DNA from: Bacilli bacterium
GTDB taxonomy: Bacteria; Bacillota_I; Bacilli_A; RF39; UBA660
Assembly (NCBI GenBank): GCA_016296185.1
Contig: JAEDJT010000003.1
Span: 7,125-71,124, forward strand
Length of the DNA: 64,000 nt
Reading direction: 5' to 3'
Shown here: positions 61,109 through 64,000 of the stretch, in pieces
Layout: every line of letters starts with the position of its first letter
Position numbering within the stretch: position 1 is the stretch's first letter
Position numbers and translations under genes: made by a program
Notes under the pieces: model-generated
Database searches by the model: none
Seen by the model: the letters and a program-made list of their open reading frames with translations, nothing else
What the model was told of the DNA's origin: nothing

Positions 61109-61618
61109 TTATTCACCTCTACTAATTGAATCTACTATTGAATTTAAATAACTTGTATTAAAAGTAATTATTGATATTATTTCTTTATTTTTTATTGTAA
61201 TAATAAAATCACTATTTAGTTCTTTTAATCTATCATCAAATTCATAGAATAAGATTTCTTCTTTTTTACTTAATTTACTAATTTCTAATAAATATATATT
61301 ACTGTTTTTATAAAATGATTGTTTATTTATTAATTCTAAAAACTTATTATAAGTTGGAGATGAATTATCTATTATTGCAATATTATATACTTCATCCTTT
61401 AAACTCATTTTTTTGAATTGTTTATAGTTTATTTTTTGATAATAAACTTTTGATGGATCATATCCTTCCTTTAATTCATAAACATTCTTTTTTATTACTA
61501 TTTCTTTTTCATTATTATTACAATATTTTATTGTAATAAATATTAATGATATTAATAATACTATATTTATTATTGAAAGGATAATTAATTTTTTATCATG
61601 TATTATTCTTTTTGGCAC
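61109..61618 (-). CDS. Hypothetical membrane-anchored protein
   Basis: The ORF-track TTG start (61642) lacks an SD. GTG 61618 is 5 nt after AAGGTGG and sits just before the TM. Confidence 0.4.
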   Translation of the reverse strand: MPKRIIHDKKLIILSIINIVLLISLIFITIKYCNNNEKEIVIKKNVYELKEGYDPSKVYYQKINYKQFKKMSLKDEVYNIAIIDNSSPTYNKFLELINKQSFYKNSNIYLLEISKLSKKEEILFYEFDDRLKELNSDFIITIKNKEIISIITFNTSYLNSIVDSISRGE

Positions 61619-61687
61619 ATTAACCACCTTTTCATATTTCAATTCTAATATAATTTACTTTTTTATGCAATAAAAAGGAAACTATTA

Positions 61688-62977
61688 CTAGTTTCCAAAT
61701 GTCATCATTACATATACGATTCCAGAAGCAATTCCACATATAAATGCAACTGCTGAAACAATAATTGCAGATGATGCAAAACCTGATTTAGTTGATTTTT
61801 CTTTTTCAACCATTAGTTTTACTTCTTCTTTTTTCTCTTTTGATTGTTTTCTAATATTTTTAATTAATTCTGGATGATCTTTTGGATTAACTGGATATTT
61901 CTTTTGAATTAAATCAAGTTTAGCTGTTACTCTAACATTTAAGCTTTGAGTAGCCATAGTTTTTTCAACTTTGTTCATTTTATTTTCTTTACTTTGATTT
62001 TTTTCATATTCAGTTTGATGTTTTTTTATTAAAGATAAATTATCATCTATAAGATCTTCTAATACTGTAGCTTTTTCAATTTCAGTATTATTATATATAA
62101 TTCTATTAATTGCATCTTTATATAATCTTGTTGCTTCAGATAATGATTCAGTTACTTTTTTAATTTCATAGTAGAAACTTGTAAATAGTACGTTCATTAA
62201 TACTTTTTTATCAACTAATCTGTTGTTAATAAAGTATTCATTATCTCCGACCATTGCATCTTTTTCTAATGAATTAGAAATTGAGATAGGCGCAAATCTA
62301 ACGTTTTTCCATGTTGGTTTTCCTTGTTCATTTACTGAACTAACTAAATAATAATCTAATCCACGATATTTTCTACCAATTAAATTATCAAATAGAATCA
62401 TTCTTATATAATTTTTTCTTAATGCCTTTTTTTCTTTTTCATCCATTGGCATTCCAGTTTTCTTTTCAATATCTGTTGTTAAAGAAAACATACCAAGATT
62501 TATTAAGCTTTCAATTTGAGTTGGATCTTTAATTGCATTTCCTTTTGCTACTGCAGGAATTCTTAATGTATTACTTATCCAAATACTATTTTCTTGAGAC
62601 ATTTGTCCATTATTAATATATTCAACAATATCATTTATTACGTTAGTAGCTGATATTCTTGTTTCTATATCTTTACTATAATTTAATAGTGTAATAACTC
62701 CTATATTTTGATCTTCTGTTACTATTCTTTTAGTATTTTCATGATCTATATCTAATAGTTCTGCTATATCTGCTTTGATTATTTCATAATCATCTATATA
62801 CATTGTACTTTCATTCATACTATTTTTTTTAAGTACACCAAACACTGTATTATTTAATTGAACTAATTGAGAGCCATCACTGAAATTATTATAAACTTCA
62901 ATAGATACTGGTTCTTCTTCACGAATACCACTATCTAGGGATACTATATAAAATTGTTTATTTTGTGTATTATCCAT
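61688..62977 (-). CDS. Hypothetical tail-anchored protein (C-terminal TM)
   Basis: SD AAGGAG. 429 aa, with a single TM at the extreme C-terminus after a K/E-rich segment. Confidence 0.45.
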   Translation of the reverse strand: MDNTQNKQFYIVSLDSGIREEEPVSIEVYNNFSDGSQLVQLNNTVFGVLKKNSMNESTMYIDDYEIIKADIAELLDIDHENTKRIVTEDQNIGVITLLNYSKDIETRISATNVINDIVEYINNGQMSQENSIWISNTLRIPAVAKGNAIKDPTQIESLINLGMFSLTTDIEKKTGMPMDEKEKKALRKNYIRMILFDNLIGRKYRGLDYYLVSSVNEQGKPTWKNVRFAPISISNSLEKDAMVGDNEYFINNRLVDKKVLMNVLFTSFYYEIKKVTESLSEATRLYKDAINRIIYNNTEIEKATVLEDLIDDNLSLIKKHQTEYEKNQSKENKMNKVEKTMATQSLNVRVTAKLDLIQKKYPVNPKDHPELIKNIRKQSKEKKEEVKLMVEKEKSTKSGFASSAIIVSAVAFICGIASGIVYVMMTFGN

Positions 62978-63053
62978 AATAACTGCTCCTTATTCTAATA
63001 ACATTATAGCAAATATTCGTTAATAATGGTAGTAAAATAAGTAGTTTTTTTAC

Positions 63054-63076
63054 ATAAAAAAAAGGTCTTACGACCT
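63054..63076 (-). terminator. Intrinsic terminator after the tRNA-like gene
   Basis: AAGGUC-GUAA-GACCUU stem, then a U-run on the minus strand, 10 nt after the CCA. Confidence 0.65.
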
Positions 63077-63086
63077 TAATAATCAA

Positions 63087-63162
63087 ATGGTGCCGAGAGA
63101 CTGAGTTAAACAAGTCACCTTACGCATACAAAGCGTACATTCTAACGTTACAACTATCTCGG
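63087..63162 (-). ncRNA. Non-canonical tRNA-like RNA gene (UGU anticodon loop, encoded CCA)
   Basis: Perfect 7-bp acceptor stem + A + CCA, and a 5-bp anticodon stem with loop UUUGUAU. Lacks A14, G19 and C56, and has mismatched T-stem pairs 49:65 and 50:64. Gene layout matches the bona fide tRNAs. Confidence 0.5.
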
Positions 63163-63216
63163 CAGGAATATGTACTTTTTTGAAGTACATTAATATGATA
63201 ACACATTTTTTATTTT

Positions 63217-63735
63217 TTATACAATAATTTTATCTTCTTCTGTTTGTTTTATATATCTTATATAACCTACTATAGCTCCTGTTCCTGATAAAATCGAACT
63301 TAAACAATTAACTATAGCTAAATTATATGCATCATAAATGATACCAGTTATACTTACGATTATTATTATTAATTTTGTTACTTTAACATTATTTTGCCAT
63401 ATTCCATATCCATATATCATTATATTAAATACTGGAATTAATGACATTAATCCATTATATGCGGGAATATTTAATCCTATTGCAATAATATAATAAATAA
63501 TTAGTACATATAAAGGGACTTTTTTTATTTTGCCAAATACTACATTTCTTAATGTTGCAACGATACAACTTACAGCACCTGTATATGCTTGTAATAATAC
63601 ATATTGGATACTAGATGCAAAATTTGATAAACCGTTAAATAATAGTATTTTTTTCTTTTCTTCTTGTTGTGTGGACATTACATTAAGAATAAGTCCAAAC
63701 AAAGCGAAGAATTGAGCTATTACGATCAATTCCAT
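63217..63735 (-). CDS. YgjV-family inner membrane protein
   Basis: 172 aa, five or six TMs, with the N-terminal pattern ...AQFFALFGLILNVMSTQ... and the ...ATLRNVVF... block. SD AGGTGA. Confidence 0.5.
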   Translation of the reverse strand: MELIVIAQFFALFGLILNVMSTQQEEKKKILLFNGLSNFASSIQYVLLQAYTGAVSCIVATLRNVVFGKIKKVPLYVLIIYYIIAIGLNIPAYNGLMSLIPVFNIMIYGYGIWQNNVKVTKLIIIIVSITGIIYDAYNLAIVNCLSSILSGTGAIVGYIRYIKQTEEDKIIV

Positions 63736-63829
63736 AAGTATTCACCTATTATTATTTTATCATATATTTATTCTTTTATTATTCTGTTTTTGGTAATTTA
63801 CATTATTATATGTATATAAAAAAGAAGAA

Positions 63830-64000
63830 TTAGTTCTTCTTTTTTTGTTCAGTTAGTTCTTCTTTTATCATTTCTTCAAGTTTATTAATATTAATATCAC
63901 TTGCAAATTCTTTGTTTGTTACTCTGTTATTGTTAATTTTTATTTTTATTTTTGTTAATAATTCAATAGATGGTTTTTCCATGTATTTTGTAATCATTTC
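63830..64000 (-). CDS. C-terminal end of an ORF running off the window (or a 50-aa ORF from ATG 63982)
   Basis: The frame is open to the window edge. The stop at 63832..63830 is embedded in an AGAAGAAC-UAA-UUCUUCU terminator stem. No SD before the internal ATG. Confidence 0.3.
   Translation of the reverse strand, partial: EMITKYMEKPSIELLTKIKIKINNNRVTNKEFASDININKLEEMIKEELTEQKKKN

Overview
This is a 64-kb segment of a very AT-rich, low-GC Gram-positive-type chromosome. It uses GGAGG/GGTGA Shine-Dalgarno sites, TTGACA-17-TATAAT-like promoters and stem-loop+U terminators. murE, an ltaS-like gene and LysM genes imply a walled Firmicute, perhaps Erysipelotrichia-like, but the taxon is a guess. I call about 60 protein genes (roughly three quarters on the minus strand) and three canonical tRNAs (Asn-GUU, Gly-UCC, Cys-GCA). 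I see no transposase, integrase, CRISPR array or rRNA. Recognisable housekeeping genes are ligA, pcrA, murE, asnB, an ltaS-like gene, tex, cca, dus, an rluA-type gene and several ABC transporters. Many ORF-track starts are artefacts (a GTG inside the GGTGA SD, or long upstream extensions), so I trimmed them to the SD-supported start. Main hunt results: (1) A 1.29-kb ORF-free, comparatively GC-rich gap (14321..15613) holds a self-contained minus-strand promoter-to-terminator unit of about 1.07 kb with many hairpins, a candidate very large structured ncRNA. (2) It is transcribed divergently from a tandem triplet of half-size M3/PepF-like HExxH metallopeptidase paralogues. (3) A fourth, non-canonical tRNA-like gene (UGU anticodon loop, encoded CCA, weakened D and T arms) has its own promoter and terminator. 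(4) A tasA-like x2 / sipW-like operon encodes a signal peptidase with a Lys/Glu-rich tail of about 325 aa. Smaller oddities include a degenerate GGDEF receptor, two divergent amidoligase-like genes, a D1-only Clp-like AAA+ protein, a Tim44-like/zinc-ribbon pair and tandem attenuator-like hairpins. All family calls rest on motifs read by eye, because no database search was possible.
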